Positions 1 to 15,000 of a DNA stretch of 64,000 nucleotides are shown one piece after another. Numbering within the stretch: the first letter of the stretch is position 1; each line of letters opens with the position of its first letter. The position numbers and the translations under genes are program-made. The notes beneath the pieces are model-generated. The model made no database searches. It saw nothing but the letters and a program-made list of their open reading frames with translations, and was not told the DNA's origin. The DNA comes from Auanema rhodensis (Eukaryota; Animalia; Nematoda). The stretch is taken from contig OZ059898.1 of assembly GCA_964057225.1 (NCBI GenBank), positions 3,472,001-3,536,000 on the forward strand. The letters run 5' to 3'.

Positions 1-3000
1 GAAATAATTTTTTCGTTGAATAACATTGTCCATCGTCTTTGCCTTGAAAAAAGGAATCTAAAAACATCTACTTTTTGCTAAATTATTTTGAAATTTTTCG
101 AAAAAATTTTTGTCAAAATGTTTTTGGAAGCAATGTTGAGTGTACATGGAAACTCAACATACACTAATGCATCATTTTTCAAACGATCATAACTAATTTT
201 TGTATCAAGCGTTTCTTAATGTAGTATAGTGCATTCGATCCGGATTTTTAAGCTGCGTCGATCTGTGTTATCAGATTTGCGCTAGCTTAAAAATGCACCG
301 AGATATCAACTGATATAAGTTCACACTTATATCCTCGATTTTCACCCTGAAGAATTAATTTTTTCGTTGAATAACATTGTCTATCGTCTTTGCCTTGAGA
401 AATGGAATCTAAAAACATCTACTTTTTGCTAAATTATTTTGAAATTTTTCGAAAAAATTTTTGTCAAAATGTTTTTGGAAGCAATGTTGAGTGTACATGG
501 AAACTCAACATACACTAATGCATCATTTTTCAAACGATCATAACTAATTTTTGTATCAAGCGTTTCTCAATGTAATATAGTGCATTCGATGCGGATTTTT
601 AAGCTGCGTCGATCTGTGTTATCAGATTTGCGCTAGCTTAAAAATGCACCGAGATATCAACTGATATAAGTTCACACTTATATCCTCGATTTTCACCCTG
701 AAGAAATAATTTTTTCGTTGAATAACATTGTCCATCGTCTTTGCCTTGAAAAAAGGAATCTAAAAACATCTACTTTTTGCTAAATTATTTTGAAATTTTT
801 CGAAAAAATTTTTGTCAAAATTTTTTGGAAGCAATGTTGAGTGTACATGGAAACTCAACATACACTAATGCATCATTTTTCAAACGATCATAACTAATTT
901 TTGTATCAAGCGTTTTTCAATGTAGTATAGTGCATTCGATGCGCATTTTTAAGCTGCGTCGATCTGTGTTATCAGATTTGCGCTAGCTTAAAAGTGCACC
1001 GAGATATCAACTGATATAAGTTCACACTTATATCCTCGATTTTCACCCTGAAGAAATAATTTTTTCGTTGAATAACATTGTCCATCGTCTTTGCCTTGAA
1101 AAAAGGAATCTAAAAACATCTACTTTTTGCTAAATTATTTTGAAATTTTTCGAAAAAATTTTTGTCAAAATGTTTTTGGAAGCAATGTTGAGTGTACATG
1201 GAAACTCAACATACACTAATGCATCATTTTTCAAACGATCATAACTAATTTTTGTATCAAGCGTTTCTTAATGTAGTATAGTGCATTCGATCCGGATTTT
1301 TAAGCTGCGTCGATCTGTGTTATCAGATTTGCGCTAGCTTAAAAATGCACCGAGATATCAACTGATATAAGTTCACACTTATATCCTCGATTTTCACCCT
1401 GAAGAAATAATTTTTTCGTTGAATAACATTGTCCATCGTCTTTGCCTTGAAAAAAGGAATCTAAAAACATCTACTTTTTGCTAAATTATTTTGAAATTTT
1501 TCGAAAAAATTTTTGTCAAAATTTTTTGGAAGCAATGTTGAGTGTACATGGAAACTCAACATACACTAATGCATCATTTTTCAAACGATCATAACTAATT
1601 TTTGTATCAAGCGTTTTTCAATGTAGTATAGTGCATTCGATGCGCATTTTTAAGCTGCGTCGATCTGTGTTATCAGATTTGCGCTAGCTTAAAAGTGCAC
1701 CGAGATATCAACTGATATAAGTTCACACTTATATCCTCGATTTTCACCCTGAAGAAATAATTTTTTCGTTGAATAACATTGTCCATCGTCTTTGCCTTGA
1801 AAAAAGGAATCTAAAAACATCTACTTTTTGCTAAATTATTTTGAAATTTTTCGAAAAAAGTTTTGTCAAAATGTTTTTGGAAGCAATGTTGAGTGTACAT
1901 GGAAACTCAACATACACTAATGCATCATTTTTCAAACGATCATAACTAATTTTTTTATCAAGCGTTTCTCAATGTAGTATAGTGCATTCGATGCAGATTT
2001 TTAAGCTGCGTCGATCTGTGTTATCAGATTTGCGCTAGCTTAAAAATGCACCGAGATATCAACTGATATAAGTTCACACTTATATCCTCGATTTTCACCC
2101 TGAAGAAATAATTTTTTCGTTGAATAACATTGTTCATCGTCTTTGCCTTGAAAAAAGGAATCTAAAAACATCTACTTTTTGCTAAATTATTTTGAAATTT
2201 TTCGAAAAAAGTTTTGTCAAAATGTTTTTGGAAGCAATGTTGAGTGTACATGGAAACTCAACATACACTAATGCATCATTTTTCAAACGATCATAACTAA
2301 TTTTTGTATCAAGCGTTTTTCAATGTAGTATAGTGCATTCGATGCGCATTTTTAAGCTGCGTCGATCTGTGTTATCAGATTTGCGCTAGCTTAAAAGTGC
2401 ACCGAGATATCAACTGATATAAGTTCACACTTATATCCTCGATTTTCACCCTGAAGAAATAATTTTTTCGTTGAATAACATTGTCCATCGTCTTTGCCTT
2501 GAAAAAAGGAATCTAAAAACATCTACTTTTTGCTAAATTATTTTGAAATTTTTCGAAAAAAGTTTTGTCAAAATGTTTTTGGAAGCAATGTTGAGTGTAC
2601 ATGGAAACTCAACATACACTAATGCATCATTTTTCAAACGATCATAACTAATTTTTTTATCAAGCGTTTCTCAATGTAGTATAGTGCATTCGATGCAGAT
2701 TTTTAAGCTGCGTCGATCTGTGTTATCAGATTTGCGCTAGCTTAAAAATGCACCGAGATATCAACTGATATAAGTTCACACTTATATCCTCGATTTTCAC
2801 CCTGAAGAAATAATTTTTTCGTTGAATAACATTGTTCATCGTCTTTGCCTTGAAAAAAGGAATCTAAAAACATCTACTTTTTGCTAAATTATTTTGAAAT
2901 TTTTCGAAAAAATTTTTGTCAAAATTTTTTGGAAGCAATGTTGAGTGTACATGGAAACTCAACATACACTAATGCATCATTTTTCAAACGATCATAACTA

Positions 3001-6000
3001 ATTTTTGTATCAAGCGTTTTTCAATGTAGTATAGTGCATTCGATGCGGATTTTTAAGCTGCGTCGATCTGTGTTATCAGATTTGCGCTAGCTTAAAAATG
3101 CACCGAGATATCAACTGATATAAGTTCACACTTATATCCTCGATTTTCACCCTGAAGAAATAATTTTTTTGTTGAATAACATTGTCCATCGTCTTTGCCT
3201 TGAAAAAAGGAATCTAAAAACATCTACTTTTTGCTGAATTATTTTGAAATTTTTCGAAAAAATTTTTGTCAAAATGTTTTTGGAAGCAATGTTGAGTGTA
3301 CATGGAAACTCAACATACACTAATGCATCATTTTTCAAACGATCATAACTAATTTTTGTATTAAGCGTTTCTTAATGTAGTATAGTGCATTCGATTCGGA
3401 TTTTTAAGCTGCGTCGATCTGTGTTATCAGATTTGCGCTAGCTTAAAAATGCACCGAGATATCAACTGATATAAGTTCACACTTATATCCTCGATTTTCA
3501 CCCTGAAGAAATAATTTTTTCGTTGAATAACATCGTCCATCGTCTTTGCCTTGAAAAAAGGAATCTAAAAACATCTACTTTTTGCTAAATTATTTTGAAA
3601 TTTTTCGAAAAAATTTTTGTCAAAATGTTTTTGGAAGCAATGTTGAGTGTACATGGAAACTCAACATACACTAATGCATCATTTTTCAAACGATCATAAC
3701 TAATTTTTGTATTAAGCGTTTCTCAATGTAGTATAGTGCATTCGATGCGGATTTTTAAGCTGCGTCGATCTGTGTTATCAGATTTGCGCTAGCTTAAAAA
3801 TGCACCGAGATATCAACTGATATAAGTTCACACTTATATCCTCGATTTTCACCCTGAAGAATTAATTTTTTCGTTGAATAACATTGTCTATCGTCTTTGC
3901 CTTGAGAAATGGAATCTAAAAACATCTACTTTTTGCTAAATTATTTTGAAATTTTTCGAAAAAATTTTTGTCAAAATGTTTTTGGAAGCAATGTTGAGTG
4001 TACATGGAAACTCAACATACACTAATGCATCATTTTTCAAACAATCATAACTAATTTTTGTATCAAGCGTTTCTCAATGTAGTATAGTGCATTCGATGCG
4101 GATTTTTAAGCTGCGTCGATCTGTGTTATCAGATTTGCGCTAGCTTAAAAATGCACCGAGATATCAACTGATATAAGTTCACACTTATATCCTCGATTTT
4201 CATCCTGAAGAATTAATTTTTTCGTTGAATAACATTGTCCATCGTCTTTGCCTTGAAAAATCGAATCTAAAAACATCTACTTTTCGCTAAATTATTTTGA
4301 AATTTTTCGAAAAAATTTTTGTCAAAATGTTTTTGGAAGCAATGTTGAGTGTACATGGAAACTCAACATACACTAATGCATCATTTTTCAAACGATCAAA
4401 ACTAATTCTTGTATCAAGCGTTTTTCAATGTAGTATAGTGCATTCGATGCGGATTTTTAAGCTGCGTCGATCTGTGTTATCAGATTTGCGCTAGCTTAAA
4501 AATGCACCGAGATATCAACTGATATAAGTTCACACTTATATCCTCGATTTTCACCCTGAAGAAATAATTTTTTCGTTGAATAACATTGTCCATCGTCTTT
4601 GCCTTGAAAAAAGGAATCTAAAAACATCTACTTTTTGCTAAATTATTTTGAAATTTTTCGAAAAAATTTTTGTCAAAATTTTTTGGAAGCAATGTTGAGT
4701 GTACATGGAAACTCAACATACACTAATGCATCATTTTTCAAACGATCATAACTAATTTTTGTATCAAGCGTTTTTCAATGTAGTATAGTGCATTCGATGC
4801 GGATTTTTAAGCTGCGTCGATCTGTGTTATCAGATTTGCGCTAGCTTAAAAATGCACCGAGATATCAACTGATATAAGTTCACACTTATATCCTCGATTT
4901 TCACCCTGAAGAAATAATTTTTTCGTTGAATAACATTGTCCATCGTCTTTGCCTTGAAAAATAGAATCTAAAAACATCTACTTTTTGCTAAATTATTTTG
5001 AAATTTTTCGAAAAAATTTTTGTCAAAATGTTTTTGGAAGCAATATTGAGTGTACATGGAAACTCAACATACACTAATGCATCATTTTTCAAACGATCAT
5101 AACTAATTTTTCTATCAAGCGTTTCTCAATGTAGTATAGTGCATTCGATGCGGATTTTTAAGCTGCGTCAATCTGTGTTATCAGATTTGCGCTAGCTTAA
5201 AAATGCACCGAGATATCAACTGATATAAGTTCACACTTATATCCTCGATTTTCACCCTGAAGAATTAATTTTTTCGTTGAATAACATTGTCCATCGTCTT
5301 TGCCTTGAAAAATGGAATCTAAAAACATCTACTTTTTGCTAAATTATTTTGAAATTTTTCGAAAAAATTTTTGTCAAAATTTTTTGGAAGCAATGTTGAC
5401 TGTACATGGAAACTCAACATACACTAATGCATCATTTTTCAAACGATCATAACTAATTTTTGTATCAAGCGTTTTTCAATGTAGTATAGTGCATTCGATG
5501 CGGATTTTTAAGCTGCGTCGATCTGTGTTATCAGATTTGCGCTAGCTTAAAAATGCACCGAGATATCAACTGATATAAGTTCACACTTATATCCTCGATT
5601 TTCACCCTGAAGAAATAATTTTTTCGTTGAATAACATTGTCCATCGTCTTTGCCTTGAAAAATGGAATCTAAAAACATCTACTTTTTGCTAAATTATTTT
5701 GAAATTTTTCGAAAAAATTTTTGTCAAAATGTTTTTGGAAGCAATATTGAGTGTACATGGAAACTCAACATACACTAATGCATCATTTTTCAAACGATCA
5801 TAACTAATTTTTGTATCAAGCGTTTCTCAATGTAGTATAGTGCATTCGATGCGGATTTTTAAGCTGCGTCGATCTGTGTTATCAGATTTGCGCTAGCTTA
5901 AAAATGCACCGAGATATCAACTGATATAAGTTCACACTTATATCCTCGATTTTCACCCTGAAGAATTAATTTTTTCGTTGAATAACATTGTCCATCGTCT

Positions 6001-9000
6001 TTGCCTTGAAAAATGGAATCTAAAAACATCTACTTTTTGCTAAATTATTTTGAAATTTTTCGAAAAAATTTTTGTCAAAATTTTTTGGAAGCAATGTTGA
6101 GTGTACATGGAAACTCAACATACACTAATGCATCATTTTTCAAACGATCATAACTAATTTTTGTATCAAGCGTTTTTCAATGTAGTATAGTGCATTCGAT
6201 GCGGATTTTTAAGCTGCGTCGATCTGTGTTATCAGATTTGCGCTAGCTTAAAAATGCACCGAGATATCAACTGATATAAGTTCACACTTATATCCTCGAT
6301 TTTCACCCTGAAGAAATAATTTTTTCGTTGAATAACATTGTCCATCGTCTTTGCCTTGAAAAATGGAATCTAAAAACATCTACTTTTTGCTAAATTATTT
6401 TGAAATTTTTCGAAAAAATTTTTGTCAAAATTTTTTGGAAGCAATGTTGACTGTACATGGAAACTCAACATACACTAATGCATCATTTTTCAAACGATCA
6501 TAACTAATTTTTGTATCAAGCGTTTTTCAATGTAGTATAGTGCATTCGATGCGGATTTTTAAGCTGCGTCGATCTGTGTTATCAGATTTGCGCTAGCTTA
6601 AAAATGCACCGAGATATCAACTGATATAAGTTCACACTTATATCCTCGATTTTCATCCTGAAGAATTAATTTTTTCGTTGAATAACATTGTCTATCGTCT
6701 TTGCCTTGAAAAATGAAATCTAAAAACATCTACTTTTCGCTAAATTATTTTGAAATTTTTCGAAAAAATTTTTGTCAAAATGTTTTTGGAAGCAATGTTG
6801 AGTGTACATGGAAACTCAACATACACTAATGCATCATTTTTCAAACGATCATAACTAATTTTTGTATCAAGCGTTTCTTAATGTAGTATAGTGCATTCGA
6901 TCCGGATTTTTAAGCTGCGTCGATCTGTGTTATCAGATTTGCGCTAGCTTAAAAATGCACCGAGATATCAACTGATATAAGTTCACACTTATATCCTCGA
7001 TTTTCACCCTGAAGAATTAATTTTTTCGTTGAATAACATTGTCTATCGTCTTTGCCTTGAGAAATGGAATCTAAAAACATCTACTTTTTGCTAAATTATT
7101 TTGAAATTTTTCGAAAAAATTTTTGTCAAAATGTTTTTGGAAGCAATGTTGAGTGTACATGGAAACTCAACATACACTAATGCATCATTTTTCAAACGAT
7201 CATAACTAATTTTTGTATCAAGCGTTTCTCAATGTAATATAGTGCATTCGATGCGGATTTTTAAGCTGCGTCGATCTGTGTTATCAGATTTGCGCTAGCT
7301 TAAAAATGCACCGAGATATCAACTGATATAAGTTCACACTTATATCCTCGATTTTCACCCTGAAGAAATAATTTTTTCGTTGAATAACATTGTCCATCGT
7401 CTTTGCCTTGAAAAAAGGAATCTAAAAACATCTACTTTTTGCTAAATTATTTTGAAATTTTTCGAAAAAATTTTTGTCAAAATGTTTTTGGAAGCAATGT
7501 TGAGTGTACATGGAAACTCAACATACACTAATGCATCATTTTTCAAACGATCATAACTAATTTTTGTATCAAGCGTTTCTTAATGTAGTATAGTGCATTC
7601 GATCCGGATTTTTAAGCTGCGTCGATCTGTGTTATCAGATTTGCGCTAGCTTAAAAATGCACCGAGATATCAACTGATATAAGTTCACACTTATATCCTC
7701 GATTTTCACCCTGAAGAATTAATTTTTTCGTTGAATAACATTGTCTATCGTCTTTGCCTTGAGAAATGGAATCTAAAAACATCTACTTTTTGCTAAATTA
7801 TTTTGAAATTTTTCGAAAAAATTTTTGTCAAAATGTTTTTGGAAGCAATGTTGAGTGTACATGGAAACTCAACATACACTAATGCATCATTTTTCAAACG
7901 ATCATAACTAATTTTTGTATCAAGCGTTTCTCAATGTAATATAGTGCATTCGATGCGGATTTTTAAGCTGCGTCGATCTGTGTTATCAGATTTGCGCTAG
8001 CTTAAAAATGCACCGAGATATCAACTGATATAAGTTCACACTTATATCCTCGATTTTCACCCTGAAGAAATAATTTTTTCGTTGAATAACATTGTCCATC
8101 GTCTTTGCCTTGAAAAAAGGAATCTAAAAACATCTACTTTTTGCTAAATTATTTTGAAATTTTTCGAAAAAATTTTTGTCAAAATTTTTTGGAAGCAATG
8201 TTGAGTGTACATGGAAACTCAACATACACTAATGCATCATTTTTCAAACGATCATAACTAATTTTTGTATCAAGCGTTTTTCAATGTAGTATAGTGCATT
8301 CGATGCGCATTTTTAAGCTGCGTCGATCTGTGTTATCAGATTTGCGCTAGCTTAAAAGTGCACCGAGATATCAACTGATATAAGTTCACACTTATATCCT
8401 CGATTTTCACCCTGAAGAAATAATTTTTTCGTTGAATAACATTGTCCATCGTCTTTGCCTTGAAAAAAGGAATCTAAAAACATCTACTTTTTGCTAAATT
8501 ATTTTGAAATTTTTCGAAAAAATTTTTGTCAAAATGTTTTTGGAAGCAATGTTGAGTGTACATGGAAACTCAACATACACTAATGCATCATTTTTCAAAC
8601 GATCATAACTAATTTTTGTATCAAGCGTTTCTTAATGTAGTATAGTGCATTCGATCCGGATTTTTAAGCTGCGTCGATCTGTGTTATCAGATTTGCGCTA
8701 GCTTAAAAATGCACCGAGATATCAACTGATATAAGTTCACACTTATATCCTCGATTTTCACCCTGAAGAAATAATTTTTTCGTTGAATAACATTGTCCAT
8801 CGTCTTTGCCTTGAAAAAAGGAATCTAAAAACATCTACTTTTTGCTAAATTATTTTGAAATTTTTCGAAAAAAGTTTTGTCAAAATGTTTTTGGAAGCAA
8901 TGTTGAGTGTACATGGAAACTCAACATACACTAATGCATCATTTTTCAAACGATCATAACTAATTTTTTTATCAAGCGTTTCTCAATGTAGTATAGTGCA

Positions 9001-12000
9001 TTCGATGCAGATTTTTAAGCTGCGTCGATCTGTGTTATCAGATTTGCGCTAGCTTAAAAATGCACCGAGATATCAACTGATATAAGTTCACACTTATATC
9101 CTCGATTTTCACCCTGAAGAAATAATTTTTTCGTTGAATAACATTGTTCATCGTCTTTGCCTTGAAAAAAGGAATCTAAAAACATCTACTTTTTGCTAAA
9201 TTATTTTGAAATTTTTCGAAAAAAGTTTTGTCAAAATGTTTTTGGAAGCAATGTTGAGTGTACATGGAAACTCAACATACACTAATGCATCATTTTTCAA
9301 ACGATCATAACTAATTTTTGTATCAAGCGTTTTTCAATGTAGTATAGTGCATTCGATGCGCATTTTTAAGCTGCGTCGATCTGTGTTATCAGATTTGCGC
9401 TAGCTTAAAAGTGCACCGAGATATCAACTGATATAAGTTCACACTTATATCCTCGATTTTCACCCTGAAGAAATAATTTTTTCGTTGAATAACATTGTCC
9501 ATCGTCTTTGCCTTGAAAAAAGGAATCTAAAAACATCTACTTTTTGCTAAATTATTTTGAAATTTTTCGAAAAAAGTTTTGTCAAAATGTTTTTGGAAGC
9601 AATGTTGAGTGTACATGGAAACTCAACATACACTAATGCATCATTTTTCAAACGATCATAACTAATTTTTGTATCAAGCGTTTTTCAATGTAGTATAGTG
9701 CATTCGATGCGGATTTTTAAGCTGCGTCGATCTGTGTTATCAGATTTGCGCTAGCTTAAAAATGCACCGAGATATCAACTGATATAAGTTCACACTTATA
9801 TCCTCGATTTTCACCCTGAAGAAATAATTTTTTTGTTGAATAACATTGTCCATCGTCTTTGCCTTGAAAAAAGGAATCTAAAAACATCTACTTTTTGCTG
9901 AATTATTTTGAAATTTTTCGAAAAAATTTTTGTCAAAATGTTTTTGGAAGCAATGTTGAGTGTACATGGAAACTCAACATACACTAATGCATCATTTTTC
10001 AAACGATCATAACTAATTTTTGTATTAAGCGTTTCTTAATGTAGTATAGTGCATTCGATTCGGATTTTTAAGCTGCGTCGATCTGTGTTATCAGATTTGC
10101 GCTAGCTTAAAAATGCACCGAGATATCAACTGATATAAGTTCACACTTATATCCTCGATTTTCACCCTGAAGAAATAATTTTTTCGTTGAATAACATCGT
10201 CCATCGTCTTTGCCTTGAAAAAAGGAATCTAAAAACATCTACTTTTTGCTAAATTATTTTGAAATTTTTCGAAAAAATTTTTGTCAAAATGTTTTTGGAA
10301 GCAATGTTGAGTGTACATGGAAACTCAACATACACTAATGCATCATTTTTCAAACGATCATAACTAATTTTTGTATTAAGCGTTTCTCAATGTAGTATAG
10401 TGCATTCGATGCGGATTTTTAAGCTGCGTCGATCTGTGTTATCAGATTTGCGCTAGCTTAAAAATGCACCGAGATATCAACTGATATAAGTTCACACTTA
10501 TATCCTCGATTTTCACCCTGAAGAATTAATTTTTTCGTTGAATAACATTGTCTATCGTCTTTGCCTTGAGAAATGGAATCTAAAAACATCTACTTTTTGC
10601 TAAATTATTTTGAAATTTTTCGAAAAAATTTTTGTCAAAATGTTTTTGGAAGCAATGTTGAGTGTACATGGAAACTCAACATACACTAATGCATCATTTT
10701 TCAAACAATCATAACTAATTTTTGTATCAAGCGTTTCTCAATGTAGTATAGTGCATTCGATGCGGATTTTTAAGCTGCGTCGATCTGTGTTATCAGATTT
10801 GCGCTAGCTTAAAAATGCACCGAGATATCAACTGATATAAGTTCACACTTATATCCTCGATTTTCATCCTGAAGAATTAATTTTTTCGTTGAATAACATT
10901 GTCCATCGTCTTTGCCTTGAAAAATCGAATCTAAAAACATCTACTTTTCGCTAAATTATTTTGAAATTTTTCGAAAAAATTTTTGTCAAAATGTTTTTGG
11001 AAGCAATGTTGAGTGTACATGGAAACTCAACATACACTAATGCATCATTTTTCAAACGATCAAAACTAATTCTTGTATCAAGCGTTTTTCAATGTAGTAT
11101 AGTGCATTCGATGCGGATTTTTAAGCTGCGTCGATCTGTGTTATCAGATTTGCGCTAGCTTAAAAATGCACCGAGATATCAACTGATATAAGTTCACACT
11201 TATATCCTCGATTTTCACCCTGAAGAAATAATTTTTTCGTTGAATAACATTGTCCATCGTCTTTGCCTTGAAAAAAGGAATCTAAAAACATCTACTTTTT
11301 GCTAAATTATTTTGAAATTTTTCGAAAAAATTTTTGTCAAAATTTTTTGGAAGCAATGTTGAGTGTACATGGAAACTCAACATACACTAATGCATCATTT
11401 TTCAAACGATCATAACTAATTTTTGTATCAAGCGTTTTTCAATGTAGTATAGTGCATTCGATGCGGATTTTTAAGCTGCGTCGATCTGTGTTATCAGATT
11501 TGCGCTAGCTTAAAAATGCACCGAGATATCAACTGATATAAGTTCACACTTATATCCTCGATTTTCACCCTGAAGAAATAATTTTTTCGTTGAATAACAT
11601 TGTCCATCGTCTTTGCCTTGAAAAATAGAATCTAAAAACATCTACTTTTTGCTAAATTATTTTGAAATTTTTCGAAAAAATTTTTGTCAAAATGTTTTTG
11701 GAAGCAATATTGAGTGTACATGGAAACTCAACATACACTAATGCATCATTTTTCAAACGATCATAACTAATTTTTCTATCAAGCGTTTCTCAATGTAGTA
11801 TAGTGCATTCGATGCGGATTTTTAAGCTGCGTCAATCTGTGTTATCAGATTTGCGCTAGCTTAAAAATGCACCGAGATATCAACTGATATAAGTTCACAC
11901 TTATATCCTCGATTTTCACCCTGAAGAATTAATTTTTTCGTTGAATAACATTGTCCATCGTCTTTGCCTTGAAAAATGGAATCTAAAAACATCTACTTTT

Positions 12001-15000
12001 TGCTAAATTATTTTGAAATTTTTCGAAAAAATTTTTGTCAAAATTTTTTGGAAGCAATGTTGACTGTACATGGAAACTCAACATACACTAATGCATCATT
12101 TTTCAAACGATCATAACTAATTTTTGTATCAAGCGTTTTTCAATGTAGTATAGTGCATTCGATGCGGATTTTTAAGCTGCGTCGATCTGTGTTATCAGAT
12201 TTGCGCTAGCTTAAAAATGCACCGAGATATCAACTGATATAAGTTCACACTTATATCCTCGATTTTCACCCTGAAGAAATAATTTTTTCGTTGAATAACA
12301 TTGTCCATCGTCTTTGCCTTGAAAAATAGAATCTAAAAACATCTACTTTTTGCTAAATTATTTTGAAATTTTTCGAAAAAATTTTTGTCAAAATGTTTTT
12401 GGAAGCAATATTGAGTGTACATGGAAACTCAACATACACTAATGCATCATTTTTCAAACGATCATAACTAATTTTTCTATCAAGCGTTTCTCAATGTAGT
12501 ATAGTGCATTCGATGCGGATTTTTAAGCTGCGTCAATCTGTGTTATCAGATTTGCGCTAGCTTAAAAATGCACCGAGATATCAACTGATATAAGTTCACA
12601 CTTATATCCTCGATTTTCACCCTGAAGAATTAATTTTTTCGTTGAATAACATTGTCCATCGTCTTTGCCTTGAAAAATGGAATCTAAAAACATCTACTTT
12701 TTGCTAAATTATTTTGAAATTTTTCGAAAAAATTTTTGTCAAAATTTTTTGGAAGCAATGTTGACTGTACATGGAAACTCAACATACACTAATGCATCAT
12801 TTTTCAAACGATCATAACTAATTTTTGTATCAAGCGTTTTTCAATGTAGTATAGTGCATTCGATGCGGATTTTTAAGCTGCGTCGATCTGTGTTATCAGA
12901 TTTGCGCTAGCTTAAAAATGCACCGAGATATCAACTGATATAAGTTCACACTTATATCCTCGATTTTCACCCTGAAGAAATAATTTTTTCGTTGAATAAC
13001 ATTGTCCATCGTCTTTGCCTTGAAAAATGGAATCTAAAAACATCTACTTTTTGCTAAATTATTTTGAAATTTTTCGAAAAAATTTTTGTCAAAATGTTTT
13101 TGGAAGCAATATTGAGTGTACATGGAAACTCAACATACACTAATGCATCATTTTTCAAACGATCATAACTAATTTTTGTATCAAGCGTTTCTCAATGTAG
13201 TATAGTGCATTCGATGCGGATTTTTAAGCTGCGTCGATCTGTGTTATCAGATTTGCGCTAGCTTAAAAATGCACCGAGATATCAACTGATATAAGTTCAC
13301 ACTTATATCCTCGATTTTCACCCTGAAGAATTAATTTTTTCGTTGAATAACATTGTCCATCGTCTTTGCCTTGAAAAATGGAATCTAAAAACATCTACTT
13401 TTTGCTAAATTATTTTGAAATTTTTCGAAAAAATTTTTGTCAAAATTTTTTGGAAGCAATGTTGAGTGTACATGGAAACTCAACATACACTAATGCATCA
13501 TTTTTCAAACGATCATAACTAATTTTTGTATCAAGCGTTTTTCAATGTAGTATAGTGCATTCGATGCGGATTTTTAAGCTGCGTCGATCTGTGTTATCAG
13601 ATTTGCGCTAGCTTAAAAATGCACCGAGATATCAACTGATATAAGTTCACACTTATATCCTCGATTTTCACCCTGAAGAAATAATTTTTTCGTTGAATAA
13701 CATTGTCCATCGTCTTTGCCTTGAAAAATGGAATCTAAAAACATCTACTTTTTGCTAAATTATTTTGAAATTTTTCGAAAAAATTTTTGTCAAAATGTTT
13801 TTGGAAGCAATATTGAGTGTACATGGAAACTCAACATACACTAATGCATCATTTTTCAAACGATCATAACTAATTTTTGTATCAAGCGTTTCTCAATGTA
13901 GTATAGTGCATTCGATGCGGATTTTTAAGCTGCGTCGATCTGTGTTATCAGATTTGCGCTAGCTTAAAAATGCACCGAGATATCAACTGATATAAGTTCA
14001 CACTTATATCCTCGATTTTCACCCTGAAGAAATAATTTTTTCGTTGAATAACATTGTCCATCGTCTTTGCCTTGAAAAATGGAATCTAAAAACATCTACT
14101 TTTTGCTAAATTATTTTGAAATTTTTCGAAAAAATTTTTGTCAAAATGTTTTTGGAAGCAATATTGAGTGTACATGGAAACTCAACATACACTAATGCAT
14201 CATTTTTCAAACGATCATAACTAATTTTTGTATCAAGCGTTTCTCAATGTAGTATAGTGCATTCGATGCGGATTTTTAAGCTGCGTCAATCTGTGTTATC
14301 AGATTTGCGCTAGCTTAAAAATGCACCGAGATATCAACTGATATAAGTTCACACTTATATCCTCGATTTTCACCCTGAAGAATTAATTTTTTCGTTGAAT
14401 AACATTGTCTATCGTCTTTGCCCTGAAAAAAGGAATCTAAAAACATCTACTTTTTGCTAAATTATTTTGAAATTTTTCGAAAAAATTTTTGTCAAAATGT
14501 TTTTGGAAGCAATATTGAGTATACATGGAAACTCAACATACACTAATGCATCATTTTTCAAACGATCATAACTAATTTTTGTATTAAGCGTTTCTCAATG
14601 TAGTATAGTGCATTCGATGCGGATTTTTAAGCTGCGTCAATCTGTGTTATCAGATTTGCGCTAGCTTAAAAATGCACCGAGATATCAACTGATATAAGTT
14701 CACACTTATATCCTCGATTTTCACCCTGAAGAATTAATTTTTTCGTTGAATAGCATTGTCTATCGTCTTTGCCTTGAAAAAAGGAATCTAAAAACATCTA
14801 CTTTTTGCTAAATTATTTTGAAATTTTTCGAAAAAATTTTTGTCAAAATGTTTTTGGAAGCAATGTTGAGTGTACATGGAAACTCAACATACACTAATGC
14901 ATCATTTTTCAAACGATCATAACTAATTTTTGTATCAAGCGTTTCTCAATGTAGTATAGTGCATTCGATGCGGATTTGTAAGCTGCGTCGATCTGTGTTA

